A DNA stretch of 64,000 bases from Oligoflexales bacterium (GTDB taxonomy: Bacteria > Bdellovibrionota_B > Oligoflexia > Oligoflexales > JAPPIL01). Below, piece by piece: positions 19,886 to 30,217 of the stretch (positions are counted from its first letter, which is position 1; each line of letters opens with the position of its first letter). The translations under genes and the position numbers were made by a program. The stretch is from assembly GCA_965226195.1 (NCBI GenBank), contig OZ245333.1, positions 1,313,759 through 1,377,758 on the forward strand, written 5' to 3'. A model generated the notes under the pieces. That model was not told where the DNA came from. It was given only the letters and a program-made list of their open reading frames with translations, and did no database searches.

Positions 19886-20015
19886 CGATACCTGTTGACC
19901 CAACCAAAAGTATGCAAACAGAAGGGGAAAGAGGAGAGAGGGCTATCATCACGCCGGAAAACATTGTTCTGTCTCACTCATTTTGATAGATTACCCTTGT
20001 GGTTTTGAGGGACTT

Positions 20016-21509
20016 GTGAGCAAAAAAACAGCAATTACACCGCTGCGCGCGGAAAATTATCCTGAATGGTATCAGGCGGTAATTCAAGCTGCAGAGATGG
20101 CAGAGATGTCGGGCATTCGCGGCTGCATGATCCTACGCCCGTGGGGTTATGGTATATGGCAAGAGTTGCAACGCATTCTCGATGCCGAAATAAGGCGCAC
20201 GGGGCATGAGAACGTTTATTTTCCCCTCTTCATTCCACTATCCTACATCGAGAAGGAAGCGGCGCACATCGAGGGTTTCGCTAGAGAGATGGCGGTGGTC
20301 ACGCATCATCGCCTCGAACAGAAGGACGGGCGCTTGGTACCCGCTTCCCCGTTACGTGAACCGTTGGTGGTGCGACCGACTTCGGAGACGGTTATCGGGG
20401 TATCGATGGCGAAGTGGATCAACTCGTGGCGAGACTTGCCGCTGTTGCTGAATCAGTGGGCGAACGTCGTGCGTTGGGAAATGCGACCGCGCATATTCTT
20501 ACGCACGACCGAATTTTTGTGGCAAGAAGGACATACGGCGCACGTCGATCGTGAAGATGCGGAGCGCGAGACACGGCAGATGCTCGCGGTCTATCACAAT
20601 TTTTTGCAAGACGAGCTGGCTATTCCTGTGCTGAGTGGCGCAAAACCAGCGAGCGAGCGTTTTCCCGGTGCGGTGGATACGCTCTGTGTCGAGGCGATGA
20701 TGCAGGATGGCAAGGCATTACAAGCGGGCACGTCGCACTATCTCGGCAACAATTTTGCCAAAGCTGCTGGTATTCGCTTTACCGCTCGTGATGGTGAGAA
20801 ACAGTTCGTCCACACCACGTCATGGGGTGTTACCTCACGCTTGATTGGAGCACTTATCATGGTGCATGGCGACGACGATGGCTTACGTATTCCACCACGT
20901 GTTGCGCCCCGTCACGTCGTTATCGTTACCGTGAGCAACGATGATGCGGCACTCAATGCCTATGCCGACGAGCTCTGCCAGCGTTTGTGTGCGGTGCGTT
21001 TTGATGCGCAACGCTATGTCGTGTGCAACATCGATCGTCGTGACTTGCGCATGGGCGAAAAAAACTGGAGCTGGGTGAAAAAGGGTGTGCCCTTGATCGT
21101 CAACATCGGCAAGCGTGAATTGGAAAACCGCACCGTCAGCCTCAGCCGTCGCGATCACTCACCACAAGAAAAAACCAGCCTTGCCAGCGATACCTTCGTT
21201 GCCCAGATAAAAGAGACCCTTGCCGCGATCCAAAAAAACTATTTCGACAACGCCAGCAATTTTCTTGCCCAGCATACGCAACGCGATATCAGCACCTATA
21301 CCGACTTCGAGCAGGCTTTCAGCAACGATGTGTTCCCCCATCCCTTTTTGCACGTCAAGTGGTGTGGCAGCGAGCAGTGCCAAGCACAGGCAGAAAAATT
21401 AGCGGTGACGATCAGGTGTATTCCCTTCGAGCAGAGCGACACTGCGGGGAACTGTGTCATCTGTGCCAAAGACGCGCAACTTGATGTGGTTTTTGCCAAG
21501 TCTTATTAG
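20016..21509 (+). CDS. proS: proline--tRNA ligase (archaeal/eukaryote-like class II type)
   Basis: NYPEWYQAVIQAAEMAEMSGIRGCMILRPWGYGIWQ, class II motifs and a C-terminal Zn-like CGSEQC...CVIC. The start is GTG 20016 or TTG 19983. Confidence 0.93.
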   Translation: MSKKTAITPLRAENYPEWYQAVIQAAEMAEMSGIRGCMILRPWGYGIWQELQRILDAEIRRTGHENVYFPLFIPLSYIEKEAAHIEGFAREMAVVTHHRLEQKDGRLVPASPLREPLVVRPTSETVIGVSMAKWINSWRDLPLLLNQWANVVRWEMRPRIFLRTTEFLWQEGHTAHVDREDAERETRQMLAVYHNFLQDELAIPVLSGAKPASERFPGAVDTLCVEAMMQDGKALQAGTSHYLGNNFAKAAGIRFTARDGEKQFVHTTSWGVTSRLIGALIMVHGDDDGLRIPPRVAPRHVVIVTVSNDDAALNAYADELCQRLCAVRFDAQRYVVCNIDRRDLRMGEKNWSWVKKGVPLIVNIGKRELENRTVSLSRRDHSPQEKTSLASDTFVAQIKETLAAIQKNYFDNASNFLAQHTQRDISTYTDFEQAFSNDVFPHPFLHVKWCGSEQCQAQAEKLAVTIRCIPFEQSDTAGNCVICAKDAQLDVVFAKSY

Positions 21510-21600
21510 AGCGCAGAGTTTCTACAGACATAATGCTTCCAACGAGAGACTACGGTAAGCTGCTTAAAAAGTGCTAAAAACTACAAAAAGTCTGGCGAAG

Positions 21601-21635
21601 TATTGGAGGTGCAGGAGCTGCCTGCATCTCCAATA
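21601..21635. terminator. hairpin between convergent genes (possible bidirectional terminator)
   Basis: TATTGGAGGTGCAGG-agctg-CCTGCATCTCCAATA forms a 15-bp stem with one G.T pair. The U-tracts are weak. Confidence 0.45.
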
Positions 21636-21675
21636 CAGTTTAATCTAGCATTCCTCCTAATTCTCCTTTTCCTTG

Positions 21676-22155
21676 TTATTCTACTATTTGGCCTGTTGCA
21701 TCAATTTTCAGCTCTTCGATCCCAGAAGTTACTTTGCCTTCGACGCTCTTGTATTTGTGGAGCAAAGTCATTCCCTTGTAGTTGACAAGGACAAGCCACG
21801 CGGTGTAGTCATCGTTAGGAGTAATGTTGCTGTTGTCTGCTTTGCGGGCTAGCTCTTGCATGTTGACAGATTTTGGAAATTCATAATCTTTAACAACTCT
21901 ATATTGCATAATATCATTTAGACGTTGGTATGTGAGTGTGTCGGTGTCGATCCACGAAAATCCACGCTCAGCGCTCACCTTGTCAGACAGCAAGTGCTTA
22001 ACACTTTTAACACGCTTTTCAATCTGATTATCCATAATCACAATCTTGGCTGAATTTGTCGGTTCCAACTTTAAAAAATCTAGAACAACATCTGTTACTG
22101 CAATCGGGATATCTTTCTTGACCAGTACCTTTATAAAGCTCTGCTTTAATGCCAT
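21676..22155 (-). CDS. hypothetical protein; a signal peptide appears detached by a frameshift
   Basis: 159-aa ORF in a lower-GC patch. Upstream, an RBS plus ATG (22243) encodes MRTLATVLVMFW... in another frame. See the finding at 21676-22243. Confidence 0.5.
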   Translation of the reverse strand: MALKQSFIKVLVKKDIPIAVTDVVLDFLKLEPTNSAKIVIMDNQIEKRVKSVKHLLSDKVSAERGFSWIDTDTLTYQRLNDIMQYRVVKDYEFPKSVNMQELARKADNSNITPNDDYTAWLVLVNYKGMTLLHKYKSVEGKVTSGIEELKIDATGQIVE

Positions 22156-22544
22156 CGATGCACCGCCAGTAGGACTGTTATAGATGGTGCCAGCAGAGGC
22201 CGTGTGGCCAAAACATGACGAGTACTGTTGCTAAAGTTCTCATTTTCGCTCTCCTATAAAAAATTATGTAAAATGATCTTCATAACGTGTAAAGATCGCA
22301 CAATCCTATGCAATTAATAATAAAATGTAAATATTTTTTTGTATTTTTTATTTTATCTGTTAAATCAATAACTTGTCTAATTTTATCTTCCATGGCAAGG
22401 AGGAGTGTTCCCGTGCTAACAGCCTGTTGATTGCTCGAAAATTCACTTGGCTATATGGAAAAAATAGAACTATATCAATATGTTATGACGATGGCAGCAT
22501 TATGCAACATAGCCGCTACACCCTCTCGCAGCAGATTTCCGTCA

Positions 22545-23100
22545 TCAGTCCTTCCTCGACTTTGAAAAGCCAGCCGTGAATAAGAATGGCTTGGCTTGGC
22601 TTGGCTTGCCTTGCGAACGCAAGCGAGTGCGGCGATGGTTGCCACCTGATGCTTGATGTTGAGTTCGCTCAGTGCAATAGCGTGGTCGGCATTGCCGATA
22701 CGGTGTTGGTGGGTAAGGTAGAGCTGGCGCAGCGGTGCGAGCTACTGCTGCACACTGCCTGTAGCTGTGCCGTTGATGGCCGCGGGGCAATGCCACCACA
22801 ATATGTATGGCCACAGACGATGATGTATTCAATCTTGAGGACGGTTACCGCATACTCTATGGCACTGGTGACGGTGCTGGTGGGGTTAACCTGATTGGCG
22901 ACAGTAGTTTGGATAAAAAGCTCACCGAGCGCTGCACCGATAATCTTCGCAGGAACGAGACGCGCATCGCAGCAGCCAAGCCAAAAGGCTCGTGGCGATT
23001 TCTCCGCAGACAACTTGGCAAAATAATCTCGGTCAGTGGCAAGCTTGGCACTCACCCAATGCTTATTGCGAGCGAAAAGTTTATCTCGTAGCTCAGTCAT
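22545..23100 (-). pseudogene. beta-class carbonic anhydrase pseudogene
   Basis: The N-terminal half is intact (FWLGCCDARL..., IIVCGHTYCGG). A frameshift then occurs at the G4 run 22784-22787. TAG at 22742-22744 sits where Trp is expected (..VQQ*LAPLRQLY). A further frame change occurs at (GGCTT)4, 22588-22607. The 3' end is uncertain. Confidence 0.75.
22588..22612. repeat. pentanucleotide microsatellite (GGCTT)x4 plus one imperfect unit
   Basis: Read directly: ggcttggcttggcttggcttgcctt, inside the carbonic anhydrase pseudogene. Confidence 0.9.
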
Positions 23101-23602
23101 GGCTCAGTAAAATGGTGTGCTACTAACCAACTATCTATGCACTGTAATACTTGCATTCACGCATAGCAAGCGGCAGCGAAGCCATTCAAAAGCTAGCTAC
23201 AGGAGAGATGGAGATGGCACAGCTGTCTGACCGCATCACGCGACAGCAAGTGGCGCGAGAATTTTACGAGAAATAGCAAAGAAAGGGAAAGGGCGGAGGA
23301 GTGACATTGAGCTGTAGTCTCTCTGTGGTTAGTGCTTAACCAGTCCGTCTATATAGATGTTCACGCTGCCAAAAATAAAGGTTTTTCGCATCGATTTCAC
23401 GCGAGTATCTTTACCGAAGAGCAAGCAAGGCAAGTATCAGAGCCTTGCTGCATATCTATTCCATTGTTACACGAGAAGGCTGGACGCTGGAGGATAAAAG
23501 GCTGTGCTGCGGCTGTTACTCGTGCTATTTTTTACTTCTATTGATGTTTACTCGCAGGCGGGAGTGTCTCGTTGGCGTGATGTGGTGCAAAAGGCAAGGA
23601 GG

Positions 23603-25516
23603 ATGCCTGTGCGGGCAGAGATCGAACAGTTGGCGGCGAAGATTGAGGCACACCGCAGCGCATATACACGGGGCGAACCGCTGCTTAGCGATTTTGAATA
23701 CGATACCCTTGAAGAGCAGTTGCGCCAGCTCGACCCACAGCATCCGTTGTTGCAACAGCCGGGCGTTGAAGTTACGGCAGAAGCAAAGGCAGCACATGCT
23801 GTGCCAATGCTGTCGTTGCAGAAAACTTATCGCGTTAGCGAATTGCTCAGCTGGATTGGCGAGCGGGAAGTCGTCGGCACGCTGAAGATCGATGGCAACA
23901 GCCTCAGCCTTGTCTATCAGCACGGAAAGTTACAAGTCGCCAAGACACGCGGCGACGGACAGCGGGGTGAAAACGTCACTGCGAAGAGCAAGCATATCGA
24001 GGCCGTTCTTGCCACCCTCAGCGATACCCGTCACCTTGAAATACGCGGCGAGCTGTATTGTGAGACCGCAAATTTCTACACCCTTGCCGCGGAGATGGAG
24101 ACACTGGCATTGCCGCGGCCGCTCAGCCCGCGCAACGTCGTGGCGGGATTGCTGGGGCGCAAAGAGCATCATCAACTCGTGCGCCATTTCAGCTTCATGG
24201 CTTGCGACCTGATTTATTACGACGATGGTGCGTTGCCAGCCACCGAGATGGACAAGTTAGCTATCCTGACCGCGCTCGGTTTTGTCCTGCCACAGCCACA
24301 GTTGCTCACTTCACCCGCAGCACTGGAAGCCTACCTCGAACAGGTGCGAGAAAAAATCGACGCAGATGAATTGCCGCTTGACGGTGCGGTTTTTTCCTTT
24401 AACTCACTCGCATATGCACGTGAGCTGGGCAGCACCGCGCACCACCCACGCGGGCGAATGGCCTTCAAGTGGCAAGGCGAAACTGCCGTTGCCAAAATAG
24501 AAAACATCGTCTGGGATACGTCTCGCTTCGGTATTGTCACCCCCGTAGCGGAGATTGTGCCAGTTTTTCTTAACAACGCCTCCATTCGCCGTGTCACACT
24601 GCATAACTCTGCCAACGTCAAGCTTTACAACCTCAAGCGTGGTACCGAGATAAAAATCGTGCGCTCTGGCGAGGTTATTCCTAAATTCCTTGCCGTAGTG
24701 CGAGAAGGCGAAGGTGAGCTTGCCATCCCGACTACTTGCCCTTCCTGTGCCTCGCAACTGGAAGACGACGGGGTGCGGTTGCTCTGCACGAATAGCGACT
24801 GTCCTGCGCAGCATCTGCGTAGTGTGCTCAATTGGGTAAGGTGTGCTGAGATCAGAGACTTGAGTGAGAAACGTCTCGCGGCGATGATGGAGTTGGGGCT
24901 AGTCAAGTCAATTCCCGACCTCTACCGCCTGACGCAGGACGACCTGTTGCGTGTGCCGCTGACTGGCGAACGCATGGCAACCAAACTGCACGCAGCCATC
25001 ACCGCCAGCAAAAAAATTCCTGCTGAACGGCTGCTCAGCGGTCTCGGTATTCGCGGTGGCGGGCGGGCAACTTGGCGAGCACTGTTGCTGGTTGCACCAA
25101 CAATCGAGGCACTGCTAGAGCTCAGCGCGGCAGAAATCAGCGCCATCGATGGTTTTGCGGAAAAGTCAGCCCAGCAGATATATCAAGGGCTACAAGCACG
25201 GCGCACCTTGCTCAACGAACTGCTTGCCGTCGGGGTGGAAGTCATTGCCCCCACCATGCCGCAGGGCGACAGCCAACAAGGGGGTAAGTATGTCATCAGC
25301 GGGGCATTGTCACAGCCACGTGCCTTCTACCAAGAACTCATAGAAAAACACGGCGCAACCCTCGTAGCGTCTGTTTCCGCCAAGACTACTGCCGTCGTTA
25401 CCGCCGACCCGAATTCGACCTCCAGCAAGGTTCAGGCAGCACGCAAGTTTAACATTCCTCTTATCAGTGAACAAGAGCTGCTGCTACGTTTGGAAGAAAA
25501 CTTACAAAAAAAATAA
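23603..25516 (+). CDS. ligA: NAD-dependent DNA ligase
   Basis: Adenylation motif LKIDGNS, Zn finger CPSCASQLEDDGVRLLCTNSDCPAQ, HhH region and C-terminal BRCT. The start is ATG 23603 or GTG 23609, after AGGAGG. Confidence 0.93.
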   Translation: MPVRAEIEQLAAKIEAHRSAYTRGEPLLSDFEYDTLEEQLRQLDPQHPLLQQPGVEVTAEAKAAHAVPMLSLQKTYRVSELLSWIGEREVVGTLKIDGNSLSLVYQHGKLQVAKTRGDGQRGENVTAKSKHIEAVLATLSDTRHLEIRGELYCETANFYTLAAEMETLALPRPLSPRNVVAGLLGRKEHHQLVRHFSFMACDLIYYDDGALPATEMDKLAILTALGFVLPQPQLLTSPAALEAYLEQVREKIDADELPLDGAVFSFNSLAYARELGSTAHHPRGRMAFKWQGETAVAKIENIVWDTSRFGIVTPVAEIVPVFLNNASIRRVTLHNSANVKLYNLKRGTEIKIVRSGEVIPKFLAVVREGEGELAIPTTCPSCASQLEDDGVRLLCTNSDCPAQHLRSVLNWVRCAEIRDLSEKRLAAMMELGLVKSIPDLYRLTQDDLLRVPLTGERMATKLHAAITASKKIPAERLLSGLGIRGGGRATWRALLLVAPTIEALLELSAAEISAIDGFAEKSAQQIYQGLQARRTLLNELLAVGVEVIAPTMPQGDSQQGGKYVISGALSQPRAFYQELIEKHGATLVASVSAKTTAVVTADPNSTSSKVQAARKFNIPLISEQELLLRLEENLQKK

Positions 25517-25705
25517 AAAAAACGCTAGTATGCTATTGACAGTTGCCTGCACAATTATTACAACAGCCATAGAAATTTGTCAGGTGAAGGGGGTGTCTTG
25601 TGTTTGCGAGTACGTATTTGTGTCGGTTATGGGGTTGTCTGTTGTTGTTAGGTAGCTCTGTTTGTTCGTTTAGTTGTTCTTTAATCATGCTAAGGGGAGG
25701 AAGTC

Positions 25706-26143
25706 ATGGCAGCTGTTGAACTGCGACCCGGCGATGTTCTTAATATCGTCTGGTCATCGGTGCAAAATACACCACTGGGTCGGAAGGAGGTTGAGTCGAG
25801 TTTCTCATACCAATATGACGAGCTGCTCATCCAGCTCAAAGCGAAAGGGCGGCGTGGTGGCCGGCGCAACAGTGGCACGGAGGGGGCGCGCTTCAGTCGT
25901 CTCGTGGCGTTGACGGTCAATGCCATCAAGAAGGGCACGTGGTCAACGGGGGCGAAGATCGATCGTGATGTCGTGTATGGCAAGATGATCAAGCGTTTTG
26001 GTGAACTCGATAGCAGCGAGTATACCAATATCACCCCCAACGCAAAGAAGTCGATCACCTACCTGATCCAGAAGAAGACGGCGTTGCGCATGTCGCAGAA
26101 ACGCGAGCTTAACTCAATGTTGGAAACTATTCACGCTTCTTAA
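25706..26143 (+). CDS. hypothetical basic protein
   Basis: 145 aa with a strong RBS (AAGGGGAGGAAGTC-ATG). Lys/Arg-rich (KAKGRRGGRRNSG). No domain recognised. Confidence 0.55.
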   Translation: MAAVELRPGDVLNIVWSSVQNTPLGRKEVESSFSYQYDELLIQLKAKGRRGGRRNSGTEGARFSRLVALTVNAIKKGTWSTGAKIDRDVVYGKMIKRFGELDSSEYTNITPNAKKSITYLIQKKTALRMSQKRELNSMLETIHAS

Positions 26144-26161
26144 CAGCAGCTGAACTTGGCA

Positions 26162-26189
26162 CGAAAATGAGCCAAGTGGCTCATTTTCG
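26162..26189. terminator. hairpin between convergent genes, overlapping the topA stop
   Basis: CGAAAATGAGCCA-ag-TGGCTCATTTTCG is a near-perfect palindrome. Confidence 0.5.
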
Positions 26190-28802
26190 CTCTTGCCATT
26201 TGCCATTTACCCAGCTTGCCGACCATTTGCTCGGCTTGCTTTGCGACTTTCTCGGCTCCATGCCGCTTTCTCGCTCCATGCCGCTTTCTCGCTCCGCCAT
26301 CCCGACGAGATAGTAGCTGCGTGTTTTGCGGCTGAATTTGATTGCCACCTTGTTGCCTTCATTGTCCAGCGGCGGTGCTTCGAGCAAAAATTGAAATTTA
26401 GGATCAATTTCGCTTGCATGCCGTTGCAGGTCTTCGACTAGCGGCGCACGTGTTTCCCGTGACCGCGGGTAGTTGCTTGATGCGAGAAAAATTCCCGACG
26501 CACCGTCCCGCAACACAAAATAGCCGTCCGATTTTTCACAGCGCAACTCAGGCATAGGCACGGGGTCGGCGCGCGGCGGAGCAGCTTCGCCGTTACGCAG
26601 CAACTTGCGGGTGTTCTTGCATTCAGGATAAGCCGTGCAAGAAAAGTATTTGCCGAAACGCCCTGTCTTCAGCTGCATGTCCCTGCCGCACTTGTCGCAG
26701 GTCAGCAGCGGCCCCTCATACCCCTTGATCTTGAAGTTGCCATGTTCAATCTCGTAGGCAGAGCAGTCGGGATTGTTGGCGCAGATGTGCAAACATCGCT
26801 GTGCATCAATAAGGTAGGCTGTCATCGCCGTCGCACAATTCGGACAACGATGCCGCGCTTGCAGTTCTTTCACCCCCTCATCATCATCGCTGACCGTCTC
26901 TTCACCCGCGACGAGATTGATCGTCTCTTTGCAACGTTCCTTAGGCGGTAGCTGATAGCCCGAACAACTCAAGAATACCCCCGTCGAAGCATTCCTGATC
27001 ATCATATTGCGCTCACATTTGCACTTGAGTTTGATCTCCGTCGGGGCGTTGGGACGCATGTTTTCTTCTGCCGCCTGCAGGGTTGATTTGAAGTTGCCGT
27101 AAAAATCGTTTAGCACCTGTAGCCACTTTGCCCTGCCATCCGCGATCGCATCCAGATCCTCCTCCATGCTGGCGGTGAAGCCAAAATTCATCAGCCTCTG
27201 GAAATTTTCTTCGAGCCGACTGGTAACGATGTCACCCATCTTGAGCAGGTAAAAACGCCGCTTCTCGACTTTCACATAACCGCGCTCTTGGATCGTTGAA
27301 ATAATGTTCGCATACGTTGACGGTCTCCCAATGCCGCTCTTTTCCAACTCCCTGACCAGTGCGGCTTCGGAATAACGCGGCGGTGGGCGGGTGAACCGCT
27401 GGTTTTCTTCAATATCGATGAGCTTCAGCACCTCGCCTTCACGCAACTCTGGCAAGATCACGTCTGTCTCTTTACTGACGGGTGGCAGCACCTTCTGGTA
27501 GCCATCTAATTTCAAGATACGGCCGCGCACTTTCAGTTCAAACTCTTCTGCCGTAATCGTGACCGTTGTCGTATCAAATTCCGTCCGTGCCATCTGGCTG
27601 GACACGAAATAACGCCAAATCAACTCGTAGAGACGCACCGCCTCTGCATCTTTAAAGACAAAATTCTGCGGTATGAGTTGCACGTCCGTCGGGCGAATTG
27701 CTTCATGAGCTTCCTGAGCTGCTTTGCTGCTTGCGTAGACGTTCGCGCTTTGCGGCAAATATGGCTTGGAGAAGTTGCTGCCGATGTAAGCTCGACACGC
27801 GGCAATGGCATCCTTGCTAACGTTGGTCGAATCGGTACGCATGTAGGTGATGTGTCCTGCCTCGTAGAGACGCTGGGCAAACATCATTGTTTTGCGCACC
27901 CCGAAGTTGAGACGTGTGCTTGCCGCTTGCTGCAAAGTCGAAGTAATCAGCGGGGCGGGCGGCTTCGATTGTGCTGCCTTCTTCTCGCAGGCACTGACGA
28001 CGAAACGACATTGTCGCAAGTGTGCGCTCTTTTGTGCGCAGCTGTCCTTATCGAGCGGACGAAACGGTTTATCTTGTTCTTTGACCACCTGTGCTTTGAG
28101 CTGGCTGCCGTTTTTAAGGTTGCAGAAAACTTCCCAGAACTCTTCGATCTTGAAGGCGTTGATTTCCTTCTCACGCAAGGCAATCAGCTTGACCGCCACC
28201 GATTGCACCCGCCCTGCCGACAGACCGCGGGCGATTTTTTTCCACAGCAGAGGCGATACCATGTAGCCGACGACACGGTCGAGGAAACGCCGCGCCTGCT
28301 GGGCGTTGACACGATCCATGTTGATTTTCTGCGGTTGTGCGAATGCCTCTTGCACCGCCTTGCGGGTAATTTCGCTGAACGTCACCCGTCGATAGCGTTC
28401 TTCCGCTCCGCCAATCGCCTCACGCAGATGCCACGCGATCGCTTCGCCTTCACGGTCAAGGTCGGTAGCGAGGTAGATGATATCGGCAGTTTTTGCCAGT
28501 GTCTTCAGCTCCTTCAGCACTTTTTCCTTGCCCGGCAAAATCTCGTAATATGCTTGCCAGTTGTTGTCTGGATCGACAGCAAGACGGTTGATCAGTGCGT
28601 CGTGGGTGGATTTTTTGCTCGTCGTCTTTTGCTTCGCCGCCGTGGGTTTCTTGCGCCCACCACCGCTAGTTGGCAGGTCACGCACATGCCCGATACTCGA
28701 TTTAACGACATACTGCCGTCCCAGGTACTTGTTAATTGTGCGAGCTTTCGCGGGCGACTCGACGATGACCAGACTTTTAGTGGCAGCCAAAATATGCCCC
28801 AA
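26181..28802 (-). CDS. topA: DNA topoisomerase I with a repeat-derived C-terminal tail
   Basis: TOPRIM N-terminus [18 protein letters not shown], active-site region and multiple C4 Zn ribbons. The tail reads ...[22 protein letters not shown]. Confidence 0.95.
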   Translation of the reverse strand: MGHILAATKSLVIVESPAKARTINKYLGRQYVVKSSIGHVRDLPTSGGGRKKPTAAKQKTTSKKSTHDALINRLAVDPDNNWQAYYEILPGKEKVLKELKTLAKTADIIYLATDLDREGEAIAWHLREAIGGAEERYRRVTFSEITRKAVQEAFAQPQKINMDRVNAQQARRFLDRVVGYMVSPLLWKKIARGLSAGRVQSVAVKLIALREKEINAFKIEEFWEVFCNLKNGSQLKAQVVKEQDKPFRPLDKDSCAQKSAHLRQCRFVVSACEKKAAQSKPPAPLITSTLQQAASTRLNFGVRKTMMFAQRLYEAGHITYMRTDSTNVSKDAIAACRAYIGSNFSKPYLPQSANVYASSKAAQEAHEAIRPTDVQLIPQNFVFKDAEAVRLYELIWRYFVSSQMARTEFDTTTVTITAEEFELKVRGRILKLDGYQKVLPPVSKETDVILPELREGEVLKLIDIEENQRFTRPPPRYSEAALVRELEKSGIGRPSTYANIISTIQERGYVKVEKRRFYLLKMGDIVTSRLEENFQRLMNFGFTASMEEDLDAIADGRAKWLQVLNDFYGNFKSTLQAAEENMRPNAPTEIKLKCKCERNMMIRNASTGVFLSCSGYQLPPKERCKETINLVAGEETVSDDDEGVKELQARHRCPNCATAMTAYLIDAQRCLHICANNPDCSAYEIEHGNFKIKGYEGPLLTCDKCGRDMQLKTGRFGKYFSCTAYPECKNTRKLLRNGEAAPPRADPVPMPELRCEKSDGYFVLRDGASGIFLASSNYPRSRETRAPLVEDLQRHASEIDPKFQFLLEAPPLDNEGNKVAIKFSRKTRSYYLVGMAERESGMERESGMEPRKSQSKPSKWSASWVNGKWQERK
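26245..26295. repeat. tandem 18-bp units related to the dispersed core motif, inside the topA 3' end
   Basis: ATGCCGCTTTCTCGCTCC occurs twice (26260-26295) after a degenerate unit. It resembles ATGCCGCTTTCTGCTTCG and CCGCTTTCTAGCTCC in the 63261 array. Confidence 0.7.
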
Positions 28803-28826
28803 TACGTGAAATTTTTTACAAAAAAA

Positions 28827-30098
28827 TCACCGCACCAGAAAATCTTCTGCTGCGATGCCTGTTCCTACACCGATAACCTTGCATTCGGCAAGGCTTTCGA
28901 TGCGGCGCACATACGCCAACGCTGCGGGTGGCAGCGCGGCAATGCGTCCCTGTGTCGGAATCGCCGCCGTCCACCCTTCGCATTCTTCCCAAACGGGTTG
29001 GCACTTTTCTAGTATACGATAGTCACAAGGAAATTCAAGCAATCGTCCCAGCTCAGGGTGTTGGTAGGCAACACACAGCTTAATCGCTGGCAGTCCCGAC
29101 AGGATGTCGAGTTTGTTCAAGATGATGCCATCGAAGCCGTTCAGTTCCTGTGCATAGCGCAGTGCTACGCAATCGAGCCAGCCGATGCGCCGTGCTCGCT
29201 GCGTAGTCGCTCCGAACTCCGCCCCTAGCTCCCGCAGCTGTGCCGCGGTGTCGTCGTGCAGTTCCGAAGGAAAGGGGCCGTTGCCGACACGGGTCAGGTA
29301 AGCTTTGGCGATACCGTAAATTTTACCGCAGGCACGTGGCGCAACACCCACGCTGCACAAGGCCGAGGCCGCCAGCGTTGAGCTTGAGGTGACGTAAGGA
29401 TACGTGCCACAGCTGATGTCTAGTAACACACCCTGTGCGCCCTCGAACAGCACCGCATCATTAGCACGAATTTTTTTGCGCACCTGTGCTTCTGCTGCGC
29501 AGACGTGCGGGCGCAAGCAATCCGCCGACCGCGCAAAACATTCCCACGCCTCTCTGTCTTCATTCTGACTGGCAGCAAAATGTGGCTCGCGGTGCATCTG
29601 AGCAAGCCACTTCTCCCGCCGTTCAGCATCAATGTAGTCTGCTATGCGCAAACCGCAACGCAAGGCACGCGTGCTGTAAGCGGGGCCAATGCCGCGTCCC
29701 GTCGTACCGATCGGCTTAGCTTGCTCTCGTTCCCGTCCTTGATCCTGCCGAATATGCCACGGGGTGATAACGTGTGCTGCTCCCGAAATCCACAGCTGTG
29801 CGGGTGTGAGTTGCACATGCTTCTCCAGTTCACGGAGTTCCTGTTCAAGGGCAACGGGATTGATCACCATGCCCGCGGTCAAGGCACAGGCAACCTGTGG
29901 ATAGAGCACTGCCGATGGTAGATGATGCAGCACGACCTTCTGTCCGTTATGATAGACCGTGTGTCCCGCATTGTTACCCCCCTGAAAACGCACGACGAGC
30001 GCATAGTCACGTGCCATGCGATGCACCCACTTGCCCTTGCCTTCGTCGCCCCACTGCGCACCGACGACGATGTCAGCTCTGCTCACCACAACTCCCAC
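28827..30098 (-). CDS. purA: adenylosuccinate synthetase
   Basis: VVGAQWGDEGKGKWV P-loop and GTTGRGIGPAY. The start is one of the GTG codons at 30098-30084. Confidence 0.95.
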   Translation of the reverse strand: MGVVVSRADIVVGAQWGDEGKGKWVHRMARDYALVVRFQGGNNAGHTVYHNGQKVVLHHLPSAVLYPQVACALTAGMVINPVALEQELRELEKHVQLTPAQLWISGAAHVITPWHIRQDQGREREQAKPIGTTGRGIGPAYSTRALRCGLRIADYIDAERREKWLAQMHREPHFAASQNEDREAWECFARSADCLRPHVCAAEAQVRKKIRANDAVLFEGAQGVLLDISCGTYPYVTSSSTLAASALCSVGVAPRACGKIYGIAKAYLTRVGNGPFPSELHDDTAAQLRELGAEFGATTQRARRIGWLDCVALRYAQELNGFDGIILNKLDILSGLPAIKLCVAYQHPELGRLLEFPCDYRILEKCQPVWEECEGWTAAIPTQGRIAALPPAALAYVRRIESLAECKVIGVGTGIAAEDFLVR

Positions 30099-30111
30099 GT
30101 GTAAGTCGCAA

Positions 30112-30140
30112 ACATCTGCTGTCTATAGCTTAAGTGGGAG
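30112..30140 (-). promoter_or_regulatory. sigma70-like promoter block upstream of purA
   Basis: On the minus strand: TTGCAA, a 17-nt spacer, then TATAGA, about 15-25 nt upstream of the purA start. The same 29-nt block recurs at 34427-34455. Confidence 0.45.
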
Positions 30141-30217
30141 AAGTTTGCAAAGTTTGCAATCCGACATGCGCCGCACAATGCTGTATGTTATCATGATTAC
30201 ATAGTTGCGGAGTTAGC

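Noticed and set aside
27678-29012. 444-aa plus-strand ORF
   Set aside because: It is antisense to topA and purA, both of which are unambiguous. Its product is Arg/Leu/Cys-rich with no motifs.
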